Source: Coriobacteriales bacterium (GTDB lineage: Bacteria; Actinomycetota; Coriobacteriia; Coriobacteriales; UBA8131). Taken from it: DNA of 64,000 nt. A model generated the notes under the pieces. The model did no database searches. It saw only the letters and a list, made by a program, of their open reading frames with translations, and was not told where the DNA came from. The translations under genes and the position numbers were made by a program. Location of the stretch: positions 1,629 through 65,628 of the forward strand of contig JAISLY010000048.1 of assembly GCA_031277035.1 (NCBI GenBank), in the 5' to 3' direction. This document shows, in pieces, positions 38,899 through 46,655 of this stretch. Within the stretch, counting starts at the first letter, position 1. Every line of letters begins with the position of its first letter.

Positions 38899-39606
38899 AT
38901 GTTAAGAGCTATCGAGAGCGGGACTTTGGGACGCGGTCAGCACGGTTGGCTGGACAGCCACTTTCACTTTTCCTTCGCGGACTATTACAATCCTGAGAAC
39001 ATCAACTTCGGGGTATTACGGGTCTGGAACGACGACATCGTCATGCCGGATACCGGCTTTGAGCTGCATCCACATAAGGACATGGAGATCATCAGCTACG
39101 TTATCAATGGCGAATTGAGTCACGGCGATTCGATGGGCAACAAGCAAACGCTTACCCGTGGACAGGTGCAGTACATGAGCGCCGGAACCGGCGTCTGGCA
39201 CAGTGAGCACAACTGGGGTAAGGATCCTCTGCGTTTCTTCCAGATATGGATATTCTCGGATGAGGATGGATACCAGCCTGCCTATGGTGATTTTCGCTTC
39301 ACCTGGGAAGACCGAATCAACCGTTGGCTGCCGGTGGCAAGCAGCACGGAAAACAGTGCGTCAGAGGCGCCAATCAAGATACATCAGGACATCAACGCCT
39401 ACGCGACCTATCTGACCGCTGGCACCACGCTGCCCTTTGAGGTCGGGTCTGGCCGACAGGCCTATCTGGTGCTCGCCGAGGGCAAGGCGCGCGTGGGTGG
39501 CATCGAACTTGCGACACGCGACGCGGTGGAGATTGTTGAGGAGGATGTGAGCATCGAGGCACTTGAGGACGCGCATATCTTCGTCATCGAGATGGCAAAG
39601 GCCTGA
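38899..39606 (+). CDS. pirin-family protein (bicupin)
   Basis: 235 aa with the cupin metal motif LHPHKDMEIISYVINGE...H. An SD GAAAGGGGA precedes the start. Confidence 0.85.
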   Translation: MLRAIESGTLGRGQHGWLDSHFHFSFADYYNPENINFGVLRVWNDDIVMPDTGFELHPHKDMEIISYVINGELSHGDSMGNKQTLTRGQVQYMSAGTGVWHSEHNWGKDPLRFFQIWIFSDEDGYQPAYGDFRFTWEDRINRWLPVASSTENSASEAPIKIHQDINAYATYLTAGTTLPFEVGSGRQAYLVLAEGKARVGGIELATRDAVEIVEEDVSIEALEDAHIFVIEMAKA

Positions 39607-39642
39607 TCAGGACAGCTTTTCGTTTCATCTGCCCCTTCCAAC

Positions 39643-39684
39643 TGCGCGCTTTGAGGCGACCTTTCGCTTCAGGGCGCGCGTTTT
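39643..39684 (+). terminator. rho-independent terminator after pirin gene
   Basis: A 14-bp stem (GCGCGCTTTGAGGC / GCTTCAGGGCGCGC, with 3 G-U pairs), an 8-nt loop, then GTTTTGG. Confidence 0.55.
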
Positions 39685-39767
39685 GGTAGGAGGCGACTCC
39701 CCGGCTTCAAAGTGCGCCCCGGAGTGCACTGTTGTGCGCGGGCGAGGGTGCCGATGGAGGAAGCGCT

Positions 39768-40667
39768 CTACTCGATGACGAGGCGGTTGCCGCCGTCATC
39801 CTGAGCAAGCGAGAGACGACTGATTGCCTGCTTCAGCAAAGGTTCGATCTCATCTTTTGGCCCGGGCGTCTGCCAGGCAAGGCCGATGCTGACCGTCGCC
39901 ACCGTCCAGCTGCCCGAAAGAGTGGGTACCGCCATCTCGGCGATGGCGTCCTGAATCCGCGAGACGACGATTTTCGCCGCCTGCCCATCGGTATTCCACA
40001 GCAGCACGCCAAAAAGGTCTTCCTCAATACGCGCAAGGAAGTCCGAGGCGCGCTTGATGGTGTGCGCCAGTGCCCCGGCAACCTCTTTGAGAAGAAGGTC
40101 GCCCTGGGGGTGGCCAAACTTGTCATTGTAGGCGCGAAAATCGTCAATATCGATAAACAGAATCGAGAGGGGCGCCTTCTCGCGTACGGCGTGGGCCCAT
40201 TCGATTTTCAGGCGCACCTCAAAACTGCGCAGGTTTGGCAGTCCGGTGAGAAGGTCGTTCAGGTTGAGGGCCTCCACCTCGCGGCGGAGACGGGAGTTTT
40301 CCAGCTGGGTTCGGATGCGCGATTTGACGATGATGGGGCGAATCGGTTTGGAGATATAGTCGATTGCCCCAAGCAACAGGCCCTTCTCCTCTGCCTGTGC
40401 GGTATCGCTTCCCGAGATGACGATGACCGGAATATCCCTGGTCGAGGTGGATTCCTTGAGTTCTTTGAGGACGGTGTAGCCGTCAGGATCGGGCATCATG
40501 ATGTCGAGGAGAATAAGATCGGGGTGCTCCGCAAGGGCAAGCCGGATACCCTCATCGCCGCTGTCTGCTACCAATATCTCATACTCGCTGCGCAGCAGCT
40601 GCCCCAGGGTCTCAAGATTGAACCGCTGATCGTCAACAATCAAAACCTTGGGCTTAGCAGTTGACAT
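39768..40667 (-). CDS. response-regulator receiver + degenerate GGDEF domain protein
   Basis: ATG 40667 follows GGAAAGAGGGG. The receiver has VLIVDDQ, LLDIMMPDPDG and ISKP. In the GGDEF fold the signature is replaced by EEDLF, while the RxxD motif (RASD) is retained 5 residues upstream. Confidence 0.8.
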   Translation of the reverse strand: MSTAKPKVLIVDDQRFNLETLGQLLRSEYEILVADSGDEGIRLALAEHPDLILLDIMMPDPDGYTVLKELKESTSTRDIPVIVISGSDTAQAEEKGLLLGAIDYISKPIRPIIVKSRIRTQLENSRLRREVEALNLNDLLTGLPNLRSFEVRLKIEWAHAVREKAPLSILFIDIDDFRAYNDKFGHPQGDLLLKEVAGALAHTIKRASDFLARIEEDLFGVLLWNTDGQAAKIVVSRIQDAIAEMAVPTLSGSWTVATVSIGLAWQTPGPKDEIEPLLKQAISRLSLAQDDGGNRLVIE

Positions 40668-40771
40668 ACGCACCCCTCTTTCCTGTCTACGGATCTCTCA
40701 TTATAGCGTTTTGTCGAGGTGATGGCGTTGGGCGTAGGCGGCAGCTTTCTCAGGGCGGCGGCGCTGGAGGC

Positions 40772-42118
40772 TCAGGGCGTTTTGCCGAGGTGATGGCGTT
40801 GGGCGTAGGTAAGCAGTTCCGCGCGCTCGTTGGGCAGCCTGCCTTCGATAACGGCGTCGAGAAGAGCGTCGAGGGCCAATCCGAGCTGCTTTCCCGGTAC
40901 AAAGCCGACTTCTATCAGGTCAGAGCCATCAACTGCCAGATCGACCCGTCGAAAGCAGGGCTCGCTCGCCAGCAGTTCCTCAAAAGCCTGCCGCGTCGCC
41001 TCGATACGCGCCATCCGTTCCTCTAAATGCTCACTGGCATGCGCGGCCATGTCCCCCAACTTCACGAGGAGCAACAGACGCAGGCGCTGCTCGCCCAGGC
41101 GGCTCAGCCAGCGCAGCAGGTTCTCGGGCCTGATGTTTTCCTGATGCCAGCGGATCAGTTCGGCGACGGTCTCAATCGTCTCCCGATCAAAGCGCAGAGC
41201 GCCCAGACGTTCTCGCGCAAGTTTTGCCCCCTCGATGTTATGGCCGTAGAAGTGGCCTCGGCCACGGGCGTCCAGGGAGAAGGTCTGCGGCTTGGCAAGA
41301 TCGTGCATCAGGAGCGTGAGGCGTACGAGCGGCTCGGGCGCGGAGGCGCACACGGCGCGCGCCGTGTGCTCCCAGACATCATAGCAGTGATACGGCGTGT
41401 GCTGCTCAAAGCCGATGGTCGGCGCGATTTCCGGGATAAGAACCGCGAGCACATCGGGAAAGCCGAGCAGCACCTCACAGACGCCATCGCCTTTGAGCAG
41501 CTGCATCAGCTCAGGCTGAAGGCGCTCGGGCGCGAGTTGCGCAAGGCGTGGAGCCGCGCGATGCAGCGCCTCGGCGAGGCCTGGGGCAAAGGCAAAGCCG
41601 AGCACCGAGGCAAAGCGCAGGGCGCGCAGGACGCGCAGAGCGTCCTCGCCGAGGCGCTGCTCCACATCGCCAACAGTCCGAATCAACTTCGCCTGGATGT
41701 CGGCCTGCCCGCCAAAGGGGTCGACCAGACCGCGAGCGGGATGAAAGGCAAGAGCGTTCATCGTAAAGTCTCGTCGGGCAAGGTCATCGACCAGCGAGGT
41801 GCTAAAGGAGACCTCTGAGGGGCGGCGTGCGTCAAGGTAGGGGCCCTCTGTGCGATACGTCGTTACCTCGACAGCCAGATTATCGAGGAAGGCGGTCAAT
41901 GTGCCGTGGCGAAGGCCGGTATCGATAACCCGGGCGCCTCGCGCCACGAGCAGAGCACGGGCCGCTTGGGGCGGGGCGGAGCTGGCAAGATCCCAATCGT
42001 GAATCGGCGCTCCCAACAACTGGTCACGTACGCATCCTCCAACGATACAGGCTTCAAAGCCGCCCGCTTCCAGAGCCGCCATCATCGCGGCGACCTGTTG
42101 GGGCATCTCTATCTGCAT
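40772..42118 (-). CDS. cca: CCA-adding tRNA nucleotidyltransferase with HD domain
   Basis: ORF 40772-42145. The start is ATG 42118 or 42106. Motifs GGCVRD, RRDFTMNA and an HD region (LLMHDLAKP) are present. Confidence 0.85.
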   Translation of the reverse strand: MQIEMPQQVAAMMAALEAGGFEACIVGGCVRDQLLGAPIHDWDLASSAPPQAARALLVARGARVIDTGLRHGTLTAFLDNLAVEVTTYRTEGPYLDARRPSEVSFSTSLVDDLARRDFTMNALAFHPARGLVDPFGGQADIQAKLIRTVGDVEQRLGEDALRVLRALRFASVLGFAFAPGLAEALHRAAPRLAQLAPERLQPELMQLLKGDGVCEVLLGFPDVLAVLIPEIAPTIGFEQHTPYHCYDVWEHTARAVCASAPEPLVRLTLLMHDLAKPQTFSLDARGRGHFYGHNIEGAKLARERLGALRFDRETIETVAELIRWHQENIRPENLLRWLSRLGEQRLRLLLLVKLGDMAAHASEHLEERMARIEATRQAFEELLASEPCFRRVDLAVDGSDLIEVGFVPGKQLGLALDALLDAVIEGRLPNERAELLTYAQRHHLGKTP

Positions 42119-42290
42119 TCGTGTTGCCAAAGGCCTCACTGCCAAAGATGTTCGTGCCGGTGTTCGTTCCGGAGGTGTTACTTACGTGCCGGTGTTCGTC
42201 TCCTCTGCCTCTCTTTCGTATTATACTGTTGTCGGTACCACGTTTGCAGCGCTCACCCATTGACCGACCGTGCTCAGGGTATGACGACGG

Positions 42291-42441
42291 GCGGCTCGCA
42301 GGCGGGCGGAACACAGGCGGCGGAACGCAGGCGCGGCAGGCGGCTTGCAGGCGCGGCAACAAGTGCCAGGCGGCGGGCGGAACACAGGCGGCGGAACGCA
42401 GGCGCGGCAGGCGGCTCGCAGGCGGACAACAAGTGCCAGGC
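42291..42441. repeat. 71-bp tandem repeat (~2.1 copies), G-rich, intergenic
   Basis: Units start at 42302 and 42373 and are near-identical (GCGGGCGGAACACAGGCGGCGGAACGCAGGCGCGGCAGGCGGCT...AACAAGTGCCAGGC). A partial copy lies at 42291. Confidence 0.85.
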
Positions 42442-42498
42442 ATGGCAGACAGCAGGCAGGCGGCACCGGACAACAGACGACAGCGAAAGGCGGTAGAG

Positions 42499-42969
42499 AT
42501 GAACCTTGACCTCAGCATCCAGCACATCGACGTCCATACGAACGATTTGGAAGAATCCCTGCGCTTTTATACGGAGGTGCTCGGCTTTCGCTATCTCTTT
42601 GCCCCCGAAGCCGACGCCGAAGCCCCCCTTGAGCTGATCTGGCTGCGCAATGACAACGGTGTGGTCATCGAGTTGACCCGCGAGCGACGCGGCGACTACG
42701 ATGCCGAGGCGGTAAACCGGGCAAGCGCGACGCATGTGGCCCTGCGCACGCCGGACATAGACGCTGCGATGGAGTGGCTGCGTCAAAACGATGTGGAAAT
42801 TGAGTTCGGTCCGGTGCAGATGGCCTTTGCCTTTGACCGTGAGCTTGCCGATGAAACGGAGCGCTCCGTCTTTGGCTACACGGACGGCAAAAGCGCACAG
42901 ATGCGCCTCGCCTTTTTCCGCGGGCCTTCCGGCGAGCGCTTCGAGCTGCTCCAGGATGATCTGCGATGA
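42499..42969 (+). CDS. VOC (glyoxalase/bleomycin-resistance/dioxygenase) family protein
   Basis: ATG 42499 (MNLDLSIQHIDVHTNDLEESLRFYTEVLGF), 156 aa. The upstream part of ORF 42121-42969 merely translates the tandem repeat. Confidence 0.75.
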   Translation: MNLDLSIQHIDVHTNDLEESLRFYTEVLGFRYLFAPEADAEAPLELIWLRNDNGVVIELTRERRGDYDAEAVNRASATHVALRTPDIDAAMEWLRQNDVEIEFGPVQMAFAFDRELADETERSVFGYTDGKSAQMRLAFFRGPSGERFELLQDDLR

Positions 42970-44009
42970 AGGCCGTCTATGTGACGCGCACCTTTGACGG
43001 AGCGAGTGGCACGCCGGGTAAGGTCGAGGTTCTCGAAGTCGCCAAGCCTGCGGTCAGGGACGATGACGACGTTCTTGTCCACATCGCCTACTCGGCTCTG
43101 TGCGGCTCAGACGCGCACTATATCAAGGACAATCTCTTTCCCTTTGAGCCGCCCTTCGCGGTCGGACACGAGTTTTCCGGCGTTATTGAGGAAGCGGGGG
43201 CACACGCTGTGGCCAGGGGGTTTGCGCCCGGTGATGAGGTGACGGGCAACTTCGTGCTTGAGTGTGGCTTTTGCGATATGTGCCGTACGGAGAAGCGTCA
43301 GTTCTGCGAGCATGCGACGGCCAACGGCTCGGCCCAGGCGGAATACATCGTGCTGAAGGCCGCTCAACTCTATCATCTGCCCCCGGGAACCAGCCTGCTC
43401 GAGGGGGCGCTCATCGAACCTTTCACAATTGCCTGCGGCGTTATCGACAAAGCGCGGCTGCGCCTGGGGCACAGTGTGCTCATCCTTGGGGCTGGCAGCA
43501 TCGGGCAGATGCTCGTTCAGCTCGCACGACTGAACGGCGCCTCCCTTGTCGCCGCTTCAGCCCGCACCCCCTCAAAGCGCGAGCTCGCCCTGAACCTTGG
43601 CGCGAACGCCGTCATCGACCCTTTGAACGAGGACATCTTTGCCCGCTCGCACGAACTCGCAGGCCCGGGTTTTGATGTCGTGCTTGAGGCCTCGGGTTCC
43701 CTTGAGTGCGCGCAACAGGCCCTTGACCTCGTGGCGCCGGGCGGCACGGTTATCCTCATGTCCTACTATCCGCCCGACCAGCCGATAGCCATCGACCTCT
43801 TTAAGCAGGTGGTCGTGCGCGAAATCACACTCAGCGGCCTGCAGCTCTCACAGAATAACTGGCCACGGGCGCTGCGAATGTTTTCGCGCGTGGATGTGCG
43901 CCCGCTCATCTCAAAGGTCTATCCTCTGCAGGAGGCGCCACAGGCCTACGCCGACCTGATTGCCGGACGCTCCCTGAAACTCGTTTTGGACTGTCGGGAT
44001 GTCTCGTGA
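42966..44009 (+). CDS. zinc-dependent medium-chain alcohol/polyol dehydrogenase
   Basis: 347 aa, overlapping the VOC gene through ATGA. The catalytic Zn motif is CGSDAH...GHEFSG. The structural Zn site is CGFCDMCRTEKRQFC. The Rossmann motif is GAGSIG. Confidence 0.85.
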   Translation: MKAVYVTRTFDGASGTPGKVEVLEVAKPAVRDDDDVLVHIAYSALCGSDAHYIKDNLFPFEPPFAVGHEFSGVIEEAGAHAVARGFAPGDEVTGNFVLECGFCDMCRTEKRQFCEHATANGSAQAEYIVLKAAQLYHLPPGTSLLEGALIEPFTIACGVIDKARLRLGHSVLILGAGSIGQMLVQLARLNGASLVAASARTPSKRELALNLGANAVIDPLNEDIFARSHELAGPGFDVVLEASGSLECAQQALDLVAPGGTVILMSYYPPDQPIAIDLFKQVVVREITLSGLQLSQNNWPRALRMFSRVDVRPLISKVYPLQEAPQAYADLIAGRSLKLVLDCRDVS

Positions 44010-44980
44010 GTGAATCCACTGAACCCACCGGCCTGGTGTTTAACGTACAGAACTACTCGGTACACGACGGGCCGGGCATCCGCGTCGAGTTCTTCATGAA
44101 GGGCTGCCCTCTGAGCTGCGAATGGTGCAGCAACCCCGAGGGCATCTCGCCTGCGCCCGAGCCGGCCGCCTATCCCGACAAGTGCATGGGTATGGCGGAA
44201 TGCGGCAACTGTCTGAAGGTCTGCCCGAGTGGCGCTCTGCTCTTTACGGCCGACGGCTTTATGGGCGGCATCGATCGCACAGCCTGTATCGCCTGTCTGG
44301 CCTGCACAAAGGCCTGTCTGACCGGCGCTCTGACCGCCTGGGGCAAACGCTATACGGTTGCAGAGGCGATGGACATCATCCGGCGCGACCGGGTTTTCTT
44401 TGAGAAGACCGGCGGGGGCGTGACCATCTCCGGAGGCGAGGCCCTGCTCCAGCCCGAATTTGTCCGTGCCGTCTTTGAGCAGTGTCGGGCGGAGGGCATC
44501 AATACCTGCCTGGAATCGGCCCTGTTCATCAAACAGAGCCTCCTTGACGATGTGCTGCCGCTCACAGATCTCTTCATCGCGGACATCAAGACGATGGATG
44601 CCGAGAAGCACCGTGTGCGCTGCGGCGTAGACAACGCGCCCATTCTCGCGAATCTTCGCTATCTGGTTGCCCACGACGCGCGGCTCGTCATTCGAACGCC
44701 GGTGCTCAAGGGCTTTAACGCCACGGATGCAGAGATTGCCGCAATCGGGCGCTTTATTCTCGAGGACCTGGACAACCGGGTGCTCCAATACCAGCTTCTC
44801 CCCTACCGACAGCTCGGCACGGAGAAGTACGCCTCGCTTGACCAGGACTATCCAATGGCCAGTTTTGAGGGATATGATCGGGCAGAATGGGAGCCGGACA
44901 TTCGCCACTTTCTTCAGATGCTGCAGGATATGGGCATCAACGCCGTCTCCGGCAACAACAAGAAGCTGGATCTGGGATAG
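44006..44980 (+). CDS. glycyl-radical enzyme activating protein (radical SAM, with two ferredoxin-like clusters)
   Basis: The GTG start overlaps the ADH stop (GTGA). It has VHDGPGIRVEFF, the radical-SAM motif CPLSCEWC, and then the Cys clusters CGNCLKVCP and CIACLACTKAC. Confidence 0.9.
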   Translation: MSESTEPTGLVFNVQNYSVHDGPGIRVEFFMKGCPLSCEWCSNPEGISPAPEPAAYPDKCMGMAECGNCLKVCPSGALLFTADGFMGGIDRTACIACLACTKACLTGALTAWGKRYTVAEAMDIIRRDRVFFEKTGGGVTISGGEALLQPEFVRAVFEQCRAEGINTCLESALFIKQSLLDDVLPLTDLFIADIKTMDAEKHRVRCGVDNAPILANLRYLVAHDARLVIRTPVLKGFNATDAEIAAIGRFILEDLDNRVLQYQLLPYRQLGTEKYASLDQDYPMASFEGYDRAEWEPDIRHFLQMLQDMGINAVSGNNKKLDLG

Positions 44981-45130
44981 GAGTCCGCGCGCAAAGGGGC
45001 GCGGGACGGTCAACATGCCAGCTGTGCGATGGCACACAGGGGCAGGAATTGCCTGCTTGTACCTCTTGCCCTCTACACGTTTTTGGCGGAGCATTCGATG
45101 TCCCCGGGCCGGACGGAGCGGCACGGACAG

Positions 45131-45162
45131 ACAGGAAGACAGGAAGACAGGAAGACAGGGAG
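45131..45162. repeat. 8-bp tandem repeat (ACAGGAAG x3 + ACAGGGAG) abutting the nitroreductase RBS
   Basis: Read directly from the sequence. The last unit supplies the GGGAG located 6 nt before ATG 45169. Confidence 0.8.
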
Positions 45163-45168
45163 CAGTGG

Positions 45169-45834
45169 ATGGACTTATCAGAAGCAATCAGGGCACGGCA
45201 CTCGGTGCGCCAGTACGAGGGCATCCCGCTTGAGCCCGATGCTGCACGGCAGCTCGGTGCGTACGTTGAGGAATGCAACCAGCTAAGCGGTCTGCACATG
45301 CAGCTGGTGCTGGATGACAGCAGGGGCATAAGCGGACTCAGGCGCCTGCTTCTGAAAAACGCAGAAAACTACCTGGCCATCGTGGGCGCACATGAGAGCG
45401 GCCTTGAGTACAGCGGAGGCTACTGGGGCGAGAAGGTCGTGCTCAGAGCCACGCAACTCAACATCGCCTCCTGCTGGTTTGCCATGGGCGCCAAGAAGGA
45501 CAAGGTACAGATAGCGCCCGGCGAGAAGCTGCTCATCGTTGTGGCGCTGGGTAACGCCGCCCAACCGGGCAAGCCGCACACATCAAGGCAGATGACCGAG
45601 CTTTATGCCAATGAAAGTGGCGGCGAGCTTCCTTTGTGGTTCCTGGCGGGCATGGATGCCGCAATTCTGGCACCAACAGCCAACAACCAGCAGAAGTTCC
45701 GCTTTACCCTGCTGCCGGACGGCATCGTCAAGGCTGAGTCGCTGGGCGGCGCCTGGGCGGGCATCGACCTGGGAATAGCCTGCTGTCACTTTGAGATTGG
45801 CGCGGGCACGGAGAACTTCAGCTGGGCGAATTGA
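45169..45834 (+). CDS. nitroreductase-family flavoprotein
   Basis: ATG 45169 (MDLSEAIRARHSVRQY...), 221 aa. The upstream part of ORF 44887-45834 overlaps the activase gene and intergenic DNA. Confidence 0.75.
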   Translation: MDLSEAIRARHSVRQYEGIPLEPDAARQLGAYVEECNQLSGLHMQLVLDDSRGISGLRRLLLKNAENYLAIVGAHESGLEYSGGYWGEKVVLRATQLNIASCWFAMGAKKDKVQIAPGEKLLIVVALGNAAQPGKPHTSRQMTELYANESGGELPLWFLAGMDAAILAPTANNQQKFRFTLLPDGIVKAESLGGAWAGIDLGIACCHFEIGAGTENFSWAN

Positions 45835-45874
45835 CAATTTGGAACCGTCCCTTTTGTCAACTCGCAGGCACCCG

Positions 45875-46492
45875 CTACGATGCCACCAGCAGGATAAACT
45901 GCACGAACAGTCTGGCGCCGTAGGCTATGATGACTGCGCCACATACGGTGTTAACCCAGCGAACATGGCGTGGGCTAAAGCGGTGACCAAAGACTTGAAG
46001 TACCAGGGTAATGCCAAAAAACCAGAGCGCCGAAGCACACATGACGGCAGCGACAAACACCCAGCCCTCAGCATCCGACATCGTGGCACGGGAGGCACCG
46101 AGCAGCATGGTGCCGTCGATGATTGCCTGCACGTTTCCCCAGGTCACCACAAAGGCTGACAGCGCAACCTTTCGTAGTGGAACATCCACATCTTGTGCTT
46201 CGGGTGCATTTTTTGCGTTGCGTATGAGCGCGACGCCGATATACATCACGATGAGACTGCCGACAAGCAAAATGACCAGCTTCGCCATCGGCACGTTTTG
46301 CATGAGGACGCCGATCCCAAGGAAACAGGCAAGCGCAAGCGTCATATCAAAGAACACGACGAGCGCAGCCGTCACCCACGCACGGGTGCGTCGTCCGGTC
46401 AGTGCGGAGTTGATGACAAACAGGTTCTGCATTCCAACGGGCACGACATACGCCAAGCCCAGAATCAGACCCTGCACAAAAATTTGAAGCAC
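45875..46492 (-). CDS. LysE/ArgO-family amino-acid exporter
   Basis: 205 aa with a GTG start. The N-terminus matches the pattern GLILGLAYVVPVGMQNLFVIN and there are 5-6 TM helices. Confidence 0.8.
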   Translation of the reverse strand: MLQIFVQGLILGLAYVVPVGMQNLFVINSALTGRRTRAWVTAALVVFFDMTLALACFLGIGVLMQNVPMAKLVILLVGSLIVMYIGVALIRNAKNAPEAQDVDVPLRKVALSAFVVTWGNVQAIIDGTMLLGASRATMSDAEGWVFVAAVMCASALWFFGITLVLQVFGHRFSPRHVRWVNTVCGAVIIAYGARLFVQFILLVAS

Positions 46493-46655
46493 CTTCGCCT
46501 TTTTTCGCCTCGACGTGCCATAGCACGATGCCGTTTCGGCACCCCACAGCGCCTTTGCGCCTCACCATCAAACGGAACGCTACCGCTTGCCCACAGCGCC
46601 TTTGCGCCTCAGCGTCCCGCCGCGCCCCGCGCCGCCGCAGAGCGCGCATGCCTCA

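Noticed and set aside
42121-42498. N-terminal 126 codons of the ORF ending as the VOC protein (Gly/Arg/Ala/Gln-rich repeats)
   Set aside because: This is a translation of the 71-bp intergenic tandem repeat. The VOC domain starts at ATG 42499.
43946-45187. 413-aa minus-strand ORF
   Set aside because: Antisense shadow of the GRE-activase gene, which has unambiguous radical-SAM and ferredoxin Cys motifs.
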